Source of the DNA: Raillietiella orientalis
Taxonomy: Eukaryota
Assembly: GCA_036172245.1 (NCBI GenBank)
Contig: JAYWIR010000021.1
Span: 2,232,001 to 2,296,000, forward strand
Length of the DNA: 64,000 nt
Reading direction: 5' to 3'
Part shown: positions 48,324 to 59,300 of the stretch, piece after piece
How the letters are laid out: the number at the start of each line of letters is the position of its first letter
Position numbering within the stretch: position 1 is the first letter of the stretch
Notes under the pieces: generated by a model
Told to the model about the DNA's origin: nothing
Seen by the model: the letters and a program-made list of their open reading frames with translations, nothing else
The model's database searches: none
Position numbers and translations under genes: made by a program

Positions 48324-50351
48324 TTCTCACCCGGGTGCGCCTGGGCGTTTATTCCTAAACTATCCAGGGACAGAGTTCCCGACAAAGGACACAGAAGAAA
48401 CGAAGGGGGGGATCCCCGACACGCAGGTCGGTAAACCGAAAGTCGGAACGGGAGGGAGGGGACCCAATACACATATAAAAAATAGAAATAAAGATATGGG
48501 GAGGGGAGGGGACAGGGGTCTTTGGTTTCGTCATTCCATTCCTTCAGAACCGGCTGTGGATGCCGGCGATCTCGCTCCTCACGCCCTCTGGTAGATGGGC
48601 CCACTCGGAAACCGACGCCATGTTCTCGTCGGCTATTCCGGTGGCCTGTCGACGAATCGCCAGCTTCTCCAGCTCTCGGTGGGCCTTGTCGATGGCGCGG
48701 GTGCAACAGACCGTTGCGATGACCGCACCTAAAGACAGGTCGCCAGGCGTGAAGAAGCGGCGCATCAAGTGTCTTGCGGTGTCCCCCTGGTGCAGGAGAG
48801 CTGAGGCCAGCTTCCGCCACAGTCCTTGGAGGACACCGCAGTCCAGGAGCAGATGGGGGAGAGTTTCCACTTCCCCGCACCGCTTACAGTTTGGGGAGAC
48901 AACTCCCCCGGAAACACGGTTCGTCCGCTGGTTGGAGTGAAAACACCAATGCACCAGCATAATGACGTCCTGCTTCCAGTTTAGAGGGAACACAGAAGTG
49001 TTCAGGCACGAGGGAGGGACCACAAGTTCTTCGGGGGGCACACTCAAATGTTCACTCCACCGAAGGAGTCCCTTCGCGATGTTGCGAGGCGTGGCGGCGT
49101 CTGCCAGCTCGCAAGTCCTCCAGCCGCCTATGGGTAGGGTTGCTCCTGCGATGGTGCAGGCGACCTCCCACCTCGCCGGCAGGCAGCTGTCATCACTTGC
49201 CCTGAGGGCTGACAGATCGTCGGCGAAGGGCATGACGGCCAGGCGAGTCCACTTCTCCTGGCTGTTCCAGACCTTATCCACCCTGCAGTACGGCGAGAGG
49301 TTGGCGCAATGGAGTTCCAAGAGCGAAACATCCTGTTGCTTTGCCCAGGCATGCAACGGTTCCTGCCGCCAGGCGTCAAAGTTCGTTGGGCGGCAGGAGA
49401 TCCATGCGTGGGCTACCAGGAGCCGGTAGAGAGGTTTCAATGGGAAACCGAAGCTTCTCGTGGCGCGCTCCGTATGCGGCCGGAGCGACAGAAGTCCATC
49501 GCTTCCGGTGCAGCGCCGCAGGAGCAGGCGCGTGGGAGCACACCACGGAGTGGACCGAAGGTTGGCGTACAAGGCCAACATCCGAAGCTGCACCTGCAGC
49601 TCGATTCTCTCCAGCGTCAGGATGCCCAAACCGTCATCCCGACGCGGAGTTGCCAAGTCTTTGAGGCGGATCCTGGACCTCGTAGGTCTCCACAGAGCGT
49701 TCCTCAACAGGCTTTGCGCCTGGAGCTTGGCCGAGTAGGGGGGAGGACAAACAAAAATCAGAAGGCGTAAGAGAGGGGAAACGAAGGTGTTCCATACGGT
49801 GTCTCGCTTCGTCCAGAGGAACCTGCCAAGGTGGAACGGGCTTGAAACACTCGTCGCCTTCCGAAGGCAGTCCGACCGCGCTCCCACTGGGCTGATGTTC
49901 TCCAGCGGGACGCCTAAGTACTTGAAAGGGGTAGCGGTCGGGATCCCCAGGCAGATCCAGTTGGACTGCCCCTCCCACGCCGCACCAATAGGAACGACCA
50001 CGCTCTTACTCCGGTTTACGTTCATGCCCGCTCCCCGGCGAATCAGCTCGAAGAAATCCTCGAGACTGGACGCCGTGGTGGTCATGGGTAAAAGGAGAAG
50101 CAGGTCATCGGACGGCGTACCTGGACAAGAGCTCGGCAGGCTGGCCAGCGTCAGCCTATACGCCCTCAGCACCAACTCAAAGATTCTGAAGAGCAACGGA
50201 CTTAAACTGTCGCCCTGCCTGATACCCCGCCTCACCGGCACGCCGTACACGTGGCAGCCGCTGAAAGAGATGGAGATCAGCGCGTGGCGCCAGGAAGCGC
50301 GCAAATAGGCCACGAGGCGCACCGGGAGACCGAGGCGTTGCAGGAGCTCCA
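48324..50351 (-). mobile_element. 5'-truncated Tx1/L1-clade LINE (RT C-half, zf-RVT, 3' UTR) inserted antisense into the host element's endonuclease
   Basis: Exact 10-bp TSD ggtcggttgt at 48314-48323 and 50352-50361. ORF 50322-48544 contains RGIRQGDSLSPLLF, GMNVNRSKS, FKYLGV, GLGI and CKRCGEVETLPHLLLDC. Has its own 3' end aataaacgcccaggcgcacccgggtgagaa. Confidence 0.93.
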
Positions 50352-51849
50352 GGTCGGTTGTATTGGCAATGCGGCACTCGCAACACCTGTGGCGTCGCGT
50401 TTTTTGTGAAACCAGCCGTCGACGCCGTCGTCAAGGGCGTACGCTTCGACAAGGACAGTTGGGCTGGCCAGCTGATCCTCAGGTGGTCCGACTCGATAGA
50501 CTTTGTGACAAACGTGTACGCTCCGAGCGGAGGACGCGGGGGAGAGTACATCCTGATTGTGCTAGGTGTGGGGAGCGGGAATCGCTGACCCACCTTATGG
50601 TTGACTGCCCTGCCCTCTGGCTTCTGTCTCGGAACGACCCTTGGAATACCGGTTGGCGGCAACCCCAGAGAAGTTTACAGTCTTCTCTTCGTGCGGGACG
50701 CCCTGAGGCCAGCCGCAGCCCTGGCAGCACTTTTCTGCATCCGTGGTGTTGTGGTGGCCTGGAGTGAAGCCGAAGATCAAGATTCCAACGTAGCGGACAT
50801 CATCCCGTATGCTGTTCGCTTCCTGCAGAGAGCTACCGGATGGCCCCAGCTGGGTAGAATGAAGGAGGACCTCGAGGGCATCCTGCAAAGGATGGACCCT
50901 CCTCCCAGTGGGCATGATCCCTTCCCCTGCCTCCAAAAACTTTTTTTTTTTTTTCGGTTATTGTTTTATTTTTTATTTTTTTTGTCTTTTCCCCCTTCCC
51001 CTTCCACTGACGAGGAGAGTCACGCTGGTCTGCGTACCAGTGTCCCGTCAGGTTCGGCGAAATGATGGCCGTTAGTGGGGTCTTGTACCACGTATTGTAT
51101 TGACCATAGAAGAGTTTGAATAAACGTCCCGGCGTATCCGGGTGGCATCGCCGTCGGCTTGGGGCCGGTCGGGAAGCACGGGGACTGGTGGCATGGCAAG
51201 CCTACCGCCTCCCATCCAGCTTCGGATTCCGGGAGAGACAGGTTCCGGGATGCCGGGCCGCGCTCTCCCCCTTCGCTCCGTCGGTCCCCTTTGTCAACGG
51301 AGGGAGAGCCACGCCCCGGCCCCTTGCAGGAAGGAGCAGCTGTACTCCTAGGGACGGAAGCGGGAGGTCGACGGAAGCGGGGTGGTTAAACCTGCTGGGG
51401 GTCCCGCAGGTCGGACGGCAAGGGGCTAGAGATCCTTGCGGATGGATGATGTCACCTGGGGCGGATGACGTCGAGGTGCAGTGGGAGAGCTCGCCAGCGG
51501 GGACGGCCCTGGGGCGGCGCGCGGTCGCGTTCCGAGTCGTGGTATACCGGGACGAGCTTCGACCGGCGGAGAGCCTCGAGCGCCGCAGCATCCCTTGATG
51601 CCTGAAGGAAGGGCGTTTCGGCTACTCGGTCGCTGACTATCAGGGAGGTTTCCTGAGAAGTGGCTATGGTTCAGGGGAGGAAAGATGGCGGCGAGCTCTA
51701 GGAGGCAGAATCCTTCCTTAGAAAGGAAAGGGGGAGCTGGGTAGGGTACCCTGGGGCCATACCTGCCCGGAAGTGGCATCTTCCAGGCGCTATTGCGACC
51801 GCACTGGCTTCCGTTGCTCGCGTCGGAGGGCTTGTGCTTAAGACTTCCG

Positions 51850-52830
51850 CGTGTAGTACCATGCATCGCGGGTTCGAATACTCCAGCGGAATCTGACGCC
51901 ACTGCGTTGTTGGGTTCCCAGTTTCTCCTGCAAGATGGCACTGGTTGGCGGAGACATTCGGGCATGGCACCGGTGGTCGTGATGAAGGTCGGAACAATAG
52001 GAGTCGACCTTCGGGTCCTTCCAGGAATCAAGGAGTGAGGAGTTCCCCCTCCGGTCGTACAACGGAGAGCGGACCCCCCACACCGGAGGGACCCTTCCGG
52101 TTGGTTTCAACATGGAGCAAGAACCCTTATGGGCACCTCTCCTAGTTGTTCAGATGGAGCGGACCCCCCCCTGTTGCGTGGGGACCCTCCGAATCGTCGC
52201 CTCTTTATTGAATGCAAGGAAGCAAAGAAGAGCGATTCCCTGGGGGAAGTTGCAGCGCGCTTTCTGAATTTCGGAAGCGTCCCTTCAGGGTTCTCTTCAG
52301 AGGAGCGAACAGGAGCGGTTCCCTTGCGGGTTCCCTCCGGAGCAGAAATTCCTACAAGCGGATCCTTTCCGGGTTCCCTTCGGAGAAGATGAAATGGAGA
52401 GGACCAACCTCCCCCATTATGAAGAGTGTCCCTCCGAAGAGAATGAGGAAGGAGGTTCCCTTCGGGGTACCCCTTCGGAGACAACCAGGGTAGGAGGTGC
52501 GATCCCCCCCATCCGGGGGATCCCTCCCCAAGCGTGAGAGGAACGGACTCCGAGCCCTTCCTGGATTCATAGGGCAGACCCACCCCCTTCCCGGGGTGCC
52601 CCCTATCCTGGAAAATTACGCCCACCTACGGGTTGCCGCAGGTGGAGAAACGTGGAAACAAAACAGTGTGTTTAAAAGGGCCACGTGCGCCGCGAGGCAT
52701 CCGACTGGCCCTTGAGGTGCACATAGAGAACCAAAAAAAAGAAAACCCGAAGGAAAAAAAAAACAAACAAACAGCGAAGACAATAGCAGAAGAAGAACCC
52801 AAGGATTTTCCATCATCCTAGGCCAATAGT
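51850..52830 (+). mobile_element. tRNA-headed interspersed repeat, copy C (near full length)
   Basis: gcgggttcgaatac at 51868; ccttccaggaatcaaggag, ctcttcagaggag, gcggatcctttccgggtt, gcgtgagaggaacggactcc, A-rich tail, and gaacccaaggattttccatcatcc. Confidence 0.82.
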
Positions 52831-53914
52831 AACGATCTCCTCGCGGGGTCATTACTGGCTTTTCAAAAAAAAAAGAAAGAAGGAAACCGCTGCTGGGCAG
52901 CCGCGAGGGGCTCCCGATGCTCTCAGATGAGGGTGCTGCGCGCACGCGAGAGCACGTGCGGAGCGCCCAGGGAAGACCAGGATCCAGCCCGAAGGACCAG
53001 GAGCACGTGGTCACTTGGGAAATGCAGAGTCTCTCTGGAGGGCAGCCTCATGCTTTCCCCTTCGTTTTTTGGCACCAGCGTGGCTCAAGGGCGAGACACG
53101 GGCGAGGCTCGAGGAGCGCCGCGCGAGAGGGGAGACGGCAGAACCGCCTGTCACGCCTGACGACCCAGGGGGGCGCCTTCTGCTCTCGTACGAGCTGTCG
53201 ACTTCCTCCGGGCGCGCCTCGTTTTCTCGGAGCTCTGCTTTCTCCGTGGCAGTCCCCGAGGGACAGCCTGCGCCTGCCCGTCCACCTTCCTAAGGTGCCA
53301 CCTGCAGTCAGCCTAAGTGGCTTGGCTCGCGGAGTCGCATAGACGGGGCGGACCCCTGGGAGTTCAGCTTGCAATCAAGGACAGCCCCTCTCTTCACCTG
53401 GGCAGAGGTCCTTGAGAAGTTTCTGGAAAAGAAAGGCAGCCGACTTCCTGGACCGCCCGGCGACCGCCTCCTTCCGGAGCAGACGCGTCCGAGCCCTCAG
53501 CTTCCGTTCCGGAAGCACCCCGAGATGCCATCGTCTGCCACCAGGAGGAAAATCCACTCCAAATCGCCAGCATCCGGAGCTCTGCACCCTGCGACAGAAT
53601 TTTCTCGCTCCTGCGTGCCGCCTTCGGCGAGCTCAGGAGACGCGCCAGAGCGAATCTCCCCGGATTGCGAGGATGTGCCGCTCCCAGGAGAGAGGAAATC
53701 CCGGTCTTCTCTAAGTGCCGCTGTCGGGCGGCGCGGGGTCCAGCGGAGGAGCCGCAGCTCTCCTGTACTAGTGCGATCCGCGCGTCGAGAGGCACCTTGG
53801 TCGACCGAAGTCATGAAAGATCTCGCGCGGTCTTCAGGAAGCAACTCGACGGTCGTCCAGTGCAAATTCCGGAATCTCGGAAGCCTCGCAGCTAGCAAGA
53901 CTTCCACGGTAGCG

Positions 53915-54060
53915 AGGAGAAAGGGAAGAGGGGGGAAAGGAAGGAGAGAGGGGAAGGAAGGGATGGGGGAAAGGAAGGGAAGAGAAGGAAGAGAGGAGGA
54001 GAAAGAGGAAGAAGGGAGAAAGAAGAGGAACAGAGGAAGGCAGGGAGGAGGGAGCGAAAG
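53915..54060 (+). repeat. Purine-rich (GA/GGA/GAA) low-complexity tract
   Basis: Almost only A and G on the plus strand; similar tracts at about 57720-57875 and 62860-63020. Confidence 0.8.
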
Positions 54061-56331
54061 GCAGCGCATTGACACCCCTCGCCCCCTGAGGGGAAGTCGG
54101 AGGGAGCGTCGGGAATTATCAGGTTTCCATTAAATCCGACGATCGACGGAAAGGAAGGTGGCGCCTGAAGGAAAGCGTCCAATTAGGGTAATAGGAAATG
54201 ACGAACGAAGATCTTGATTAGCGTGACGGTAACCATGGGAACGCCGACAGAGGGATAAGCTGCGGGAGGAGGCGCGGGTGTTCGCGCGGAAGGCGAGGAG
54301 GGAAGAGACAAGAAAGGAGGGATGCGAAGGAAGGAGCGAGTGCCGTCGCCACCCTGGTCCTGGAGTGGATTGGACGGGAAGGGAGTCCGAGGGACGAACG
54401 GTCCCCTTCCGGGAATAGAATACCCGCGGAAGGAAGGTCGCCCAGGGGGCCAGAGGAAGGTGGGATAGGAGTGTGGATAGGGTTCCGGGTCGGCACGTGG
54501 AAGAATCTACCGCCGCAGGCAAGGAGCGAGAGATTCTCATGGCTGGACGGGAGGCAGAAGATGTGGGGGAGGGATCACTGGACGAGGGGAACTGGCAGGT
54601 CCGTGGGATTCCCTCCGGAACGCCCACGCTCGCGGTCTCTTCGAGCCCGGGTCGCGGAAGAACCAAGAGGGAAGCTCCTTTCTCTCGAGGCCAAGGACGC
54701 TGGGGCATGCGCGTTTGCCGCCAGCCTCCCGTCTCCTGGAGCAGCGGAGGAGCAGGAAGGCGCCTCCGCTGTCCCAGAGCGTCGTCACTGCCGGCCGACA
54801 AGCGGCGTGATCCGTCCATGGAGGAGGGCGCCTTCCCGGTTCGCCCTCCTGGCCCGGTCGTCGAGGGAGTGCGCCCGCGCATATTCCGACGAGAACCCTC
54901 CGATTCCCGCCGGCGCCTACTCCCTCCCGTTTCGCGCAGGGGCTCGTTGAGGGCGCTCCTGGGGGTCGCTCAGGCTCCCGAGAAGGAACTCATCCCTGGA
55001 TCGGAGCGCCGACTCTCGACTCCTCCTTCGCGGGTTCCGCCCTCAGGTGAGACCTGGGAGGTGGGAGGGGAACGTGCGAGAGAGGGGAGTTTCCCTGCAG
55101 CGGGAGTTCCCCTGCTCGCCAGACGCCGAGGGACGTCGAAAACGAACCTCTCCCGCCCCCATAAATCGCGTCTAGTTTCCCTGAGCTGCCAGGGAAGCCG
55201 CAGGAAGGGAAGGGGGGGAGGGAAGAGGAGGTGGAAGAGGGGGAAAACATTCGTCCGTTCCGGGGGCTGCACGCGCGTGGGCTTGCCGTTGCTTGCCGAG
55301 TACACGCCCTCAAGTGGAGGCAATGGGACGGACGGACGTGATGCAGACGTCCACCGAGGTGGGCGGTAGGACTAAAAATGACGGGGACGAGGCTGCGGAT
55401 AATGGCGATGACGATGGTAATGAGGAAGGGGAGAGGAAGTTGATGGTGACGATGATGGTGGAAAGGGGGAGGGTGAAGTGGAGGAGAAGGCACGGGGGAT
55501 CACTCGCCGGAAGGGGAGAAGCTGTGGTCCATCGCCGCATCCCTGTGCTTAACGGCTTCCTCCCAGCTAGGAGAGGTGTGCCGAGCTGCACGCCCGAAGA
55601 GGAGGTGGCCGAGTACGCTCGCGGACGTCGCTCGCGAGGGCCGCGTCCTTCCCCGCCCACGCCGGACCTCCTTCGACTGGCTAACCTCGTGATCTCTTCC
55701 GCTCCCTGGCTCCACCGATCTCTTCTGGAGCGGCGAGTGGGAGGATGCGGCACTGCCCGCCGCTTTGCTGACACGGTGACCTGCCTTGGAGGCGGCGCCC
55801 GCGATAGCTCCGGAGTTGCCCCAGCTGCTGCTTCTCCGCGGAGAGGGAGAGGTGGACTTCTGGCGCATTTCCGGAGGCGGCGACAGGGGAGCGGAGTCTC
55901 TTGCTTGCCATGCAGGCGAGGGAGCCGTCGCCTTCCATCTTTGCACGTCTGGAAAGCTGAGGTCTGCACGCCCTGTGAGGGCGGTGACGGGTCCTCGAAG
56001 GGAAAGCAGCTCCTCCCCTCCTCTTCCAGCGTGAACCGCTTCCTCTTTCCTTCTACCCTCGATCCCCCACTCGTCCTCCTCCCCCCACCGGAACGACCAC
56101 GTTCTCCTTTTAACAAAATACTTCATCTCTTTGCCAAAGTGGCGCCGGTCTGCAACGAAGCGAGGCGGCGGCGTTAACCCGGGAAGAGGAGGAGGCGCAG
56201 CACCATCCTGCTACTGCTTCCGCGCCCGAGGCCTTCTGGACCGCCTCCTCCTCCGCGGGAGGAGCGGAAGCGAGGCGAGGTTCCGGCGCTCTCCTCAGGC
56301 GGGACGAGGGCAAACCGGGGGAGAGACGCAG

Positions 56332-59300
56332 TCACTCGTGGAGCTGGTGCCACTCAGCGATCTGGCGGCGCGGCGCCAGGCAGACCTCCCTCCACTGGTT
56401 GGCAGCGGTCTGGGTGCGCGAGCTGCAGGACACCTGCACTTTCCCAATCACCTGGAACAGAGGGAGGTGGCACTAGGACACTGCTTTCCCAGAGCACCCC
56501 TCGGCGAGCGGGTGGATCATCCCGGTGCAAGCTGAGGGCTTTTCGGAGACCCGACTTCCCTCCAAGACCTCGGAAAGGAGGGGGTGGACCCCTCTGCATC
56601 GCCCGTATCCCTCTCCCCTCTGACCTTTTTCCTGCCCTCCCTTACTCAGGGGCGCTTCCCGGTTCTCCTTCCCCTTCCTCCTTTCGAGAGCGAATCAGCT
56701 TGGACTCAGGGTTGCCAGCTGCTACCTGATGCTGCTGCCCCGTTCTCTGCCTCGATTTCCAGGGAGTCGGGCGAAGACCGTGGCTCGACGTCCTGCTGGC
56801 GCTCCGGGAGGGCGGGAAGATCGCGAGCGGCCCGTGAGCTCGCTGGTGCCGTGTCGCTGGTACCGGGGGAGAGCCTCTTTCGCACCCGGAAGACTGGCCT
56901 CCTCCTTTCTCCTCCCGGAAGCGATTTGACAGAGACGCTTCCCACGTGCCGGAGCAGAGAGTTAGGGCACCACGCCTCCTCGGGAAACGCGTCGAGCCAA
57001 GGAATGGGAGGAGGGGGATGAAATGGGGATGAAACGAGGAGGAGACGTGGGGAGGACCGGGTTTTTTTCTTTCGGGAGCCACCGCTCGGACTAGGAGGAG
57101 GCACTTGGGAAGGCGCGGTCACCTTCACTCCCTGGAACGCTTGTCGAGAAAAAAAGGCCCCAGGCCGCTGCAGGCTGCGACTTCGTCGCTCTTCTGGTGC
57201 GGGTCTCCTTTGGCGACGAGGAGGAAAGGTCAAAAACAAGAGAAGATGAGAAAGAAGACGGCGGGCATGCAGCACTCTTCCGTTTCCAGGGATATCGAAG
57301 CAGGGAGGTCCCCTGGTCCAAATGCTGAGGCTCCCTTCGGCCCACCCATCGCGACGACCACCTCTGAGCCCTCTGAGCCGCAGGCGCCGGAACGCCGCCA
57401 ATCGCGCGAGGCGATGGAAGGCGAAGCTGCCATCGCCGCGGCAACGGTCCAGGCTCCTGGGAACCGACAAGTTGAGGAAAGGGAATGCGATGAAAGCTCT
57501 CCCCGAGGAGGAGAGCCCTCGAGGCGTTCCGCGGTTCGAAGGGACGGTTGCTGCCGACGGCAGAACCTCCCTCCTTCCTCCCAAGGGGGCGTCGGCTCTT
57601 GAGGGGAGCGCATGCCCTCTGCGCGGGCGAGGAGGGAACGGCCGAGGATAGGATACCGCGGTATGCTCTCAAAGGAACCTCAGAGGGAGTGAGGATAGAG
57701 AAAGTGCGCGGGAGGAGGCATGGGTGGATAGGCGGGAAGGGGGAGGAGAGGAGAAGAAAAGAAAGCAGGAGGAGCATGAAGAGGGGAGAAGAAAGGGGAG
57801 GAGGAAGAGACTGAGGAGAAAGAGGAAGAAGCAACGTGTTGAGGAGGAGGAGGAGGAGGAAGAGGAAAGGAAAGACTCTGCAGAAGACGGCGCTCGGCCT
57901 AGGCGTGCGCGCGCGGCTGACCACCGACGGCAGCAGGGACCCCTGCCTCGGGGCGCTCAGGCTCACCTCGTTCTTCGTGATCCTGTCCCAGTCCAGCACC
58001 AGGAAGTCAAAGCAAAGGCTGTCGAGCTGAGCGGACGCTTCTGCCGGGATCTCGAAGACGAAGGACTGGTTGAAGACGGGGTTGAGGGTCCTCTTCTTCA
58101 GGTGCGTTTTCTTCTTGGCGACCTTTTTCCCATTGCAGGAGAAGTAGATCTTCACGTAGGGATCTGTGCACGGAGGAAACAAAGTGAGGGACGTTCAGGA
58201 AGAGATCCTTTCCTGCCCACCGGAGGGGGGCGTCCTCGGGAAAAGTCCACGGGGTGGGTAGTGCTCGCCTCGGGTTCAGCAGGGCGAGGGGCCCAGCCGT
58301 GGGCGGGGTGATGGCGGCGGCGGATCAATCCGTGGGGGTGGGGGGCAGCCCTTCTGCTATCCTTGCGGCGGGGATCGCAGGGCCGTAGGGCTTTCGAAGG
58401 AGGAGGCTCGTGTCCCACCTCCGGCCACGGGCTCTTCCGGGTCCGCTTTGCGATCCACGACCCCCCTCGGAAGACGTGGACGCGCAGCGAATGCTCCTTG
58501 AGGGGAGGTCGCTCGGCGCCTTTCCAGGTGGAGCTGAGGCAGGGGTCAGGCCAGCTGCACCCGCCCCAGGGACCCGCACAGCTCCTGCCAGCGGCATTCT
58601 GGGCTGGAGGCGGATGCTCTCCTCCTTTCGGCCGGACCCCACCGGTGGCTCTAGCGGGATTGCCAGGACGTTACAGAGCAAGGGTCGTGACCTTCTTCCA
58701 TACCCCGCGGGTCTCGCGCGCTGCCCGGTCCCACATCGCCGTGGGAAGCATTCCTTGAGGCGACAACCCCTCGCCCGTCTGCACCTGCTCCGTTCCTTCC
58801 GAGACGTGACCCCTTGTGGGGAGCCTCCTGGACAGGAGCGGCGCTGGCAACCGATGGTCTCCTTCAGAAGGAACCGATCGGTGGGGAAGGAGGAGGATGA
58901 GACGAAGGAAGTTCCAGGGAGGGCTGCACTACCCAGAGAGGACTTTGGAGAGCACCCTCGCACGCGCAGCACTGACGGACGCCGCGCGGGCGGGTCGCCT
59001 TGTTGACGGAACCTACCCGAGAAACCGCTGAAGTCCATCTTGGGCAGGTTCCTCGCCTTCAGCACGACGACCGTGAACCTGCTGGACAGCGGCTGGTAGC
59101 AGAGAGAGACGAGGATTTCCCCTCGGGACTGCGACGGGGTCAGCTGGAAGAGACGGAGTAGAAGGTGAGGTCACTTGGCCAAGGGCGAGGGGTGCCTCCG
59201 GAAAGAGAGCGACGTTTTCGCTGCCCAAGGCTGCGCGCGGAGGCAGGGCACGGCCCGATCCCGACCCACTGGAAGGAGCTCAGGAAAAGAGACTGGGAGG

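Larger units (their letters stand above)
46222..51142 (+). mobile_element. Tx1-type non-LTR retrotransposon: ORF1, N-terminal AP endonuclease, zf-RVT C-terminus and 3' UTR; RT deleted; carries two secondary insertions
   Basis: Candidate TSD tggcatcgc(t/c)g at 46211-46221 and 51143-51153. ORF1 from ATG 46287 has two CCHC knuckles. APE motifs WNVNGL, LQE, GVAFFV and NVYAP are present, followed by CARCGERESLTHLMVDC. 3' end aataaacgtcccggcgtatccggg. Confidence 0.9.

Noticed and set aside
48324..50351. Twin-priming inversion of a single LINE
   Set aside because: The inverted piece has its own 10-bp TSD, its own 3' end and a zf-RVT sequence different from the host's, so it is an independent insertion.
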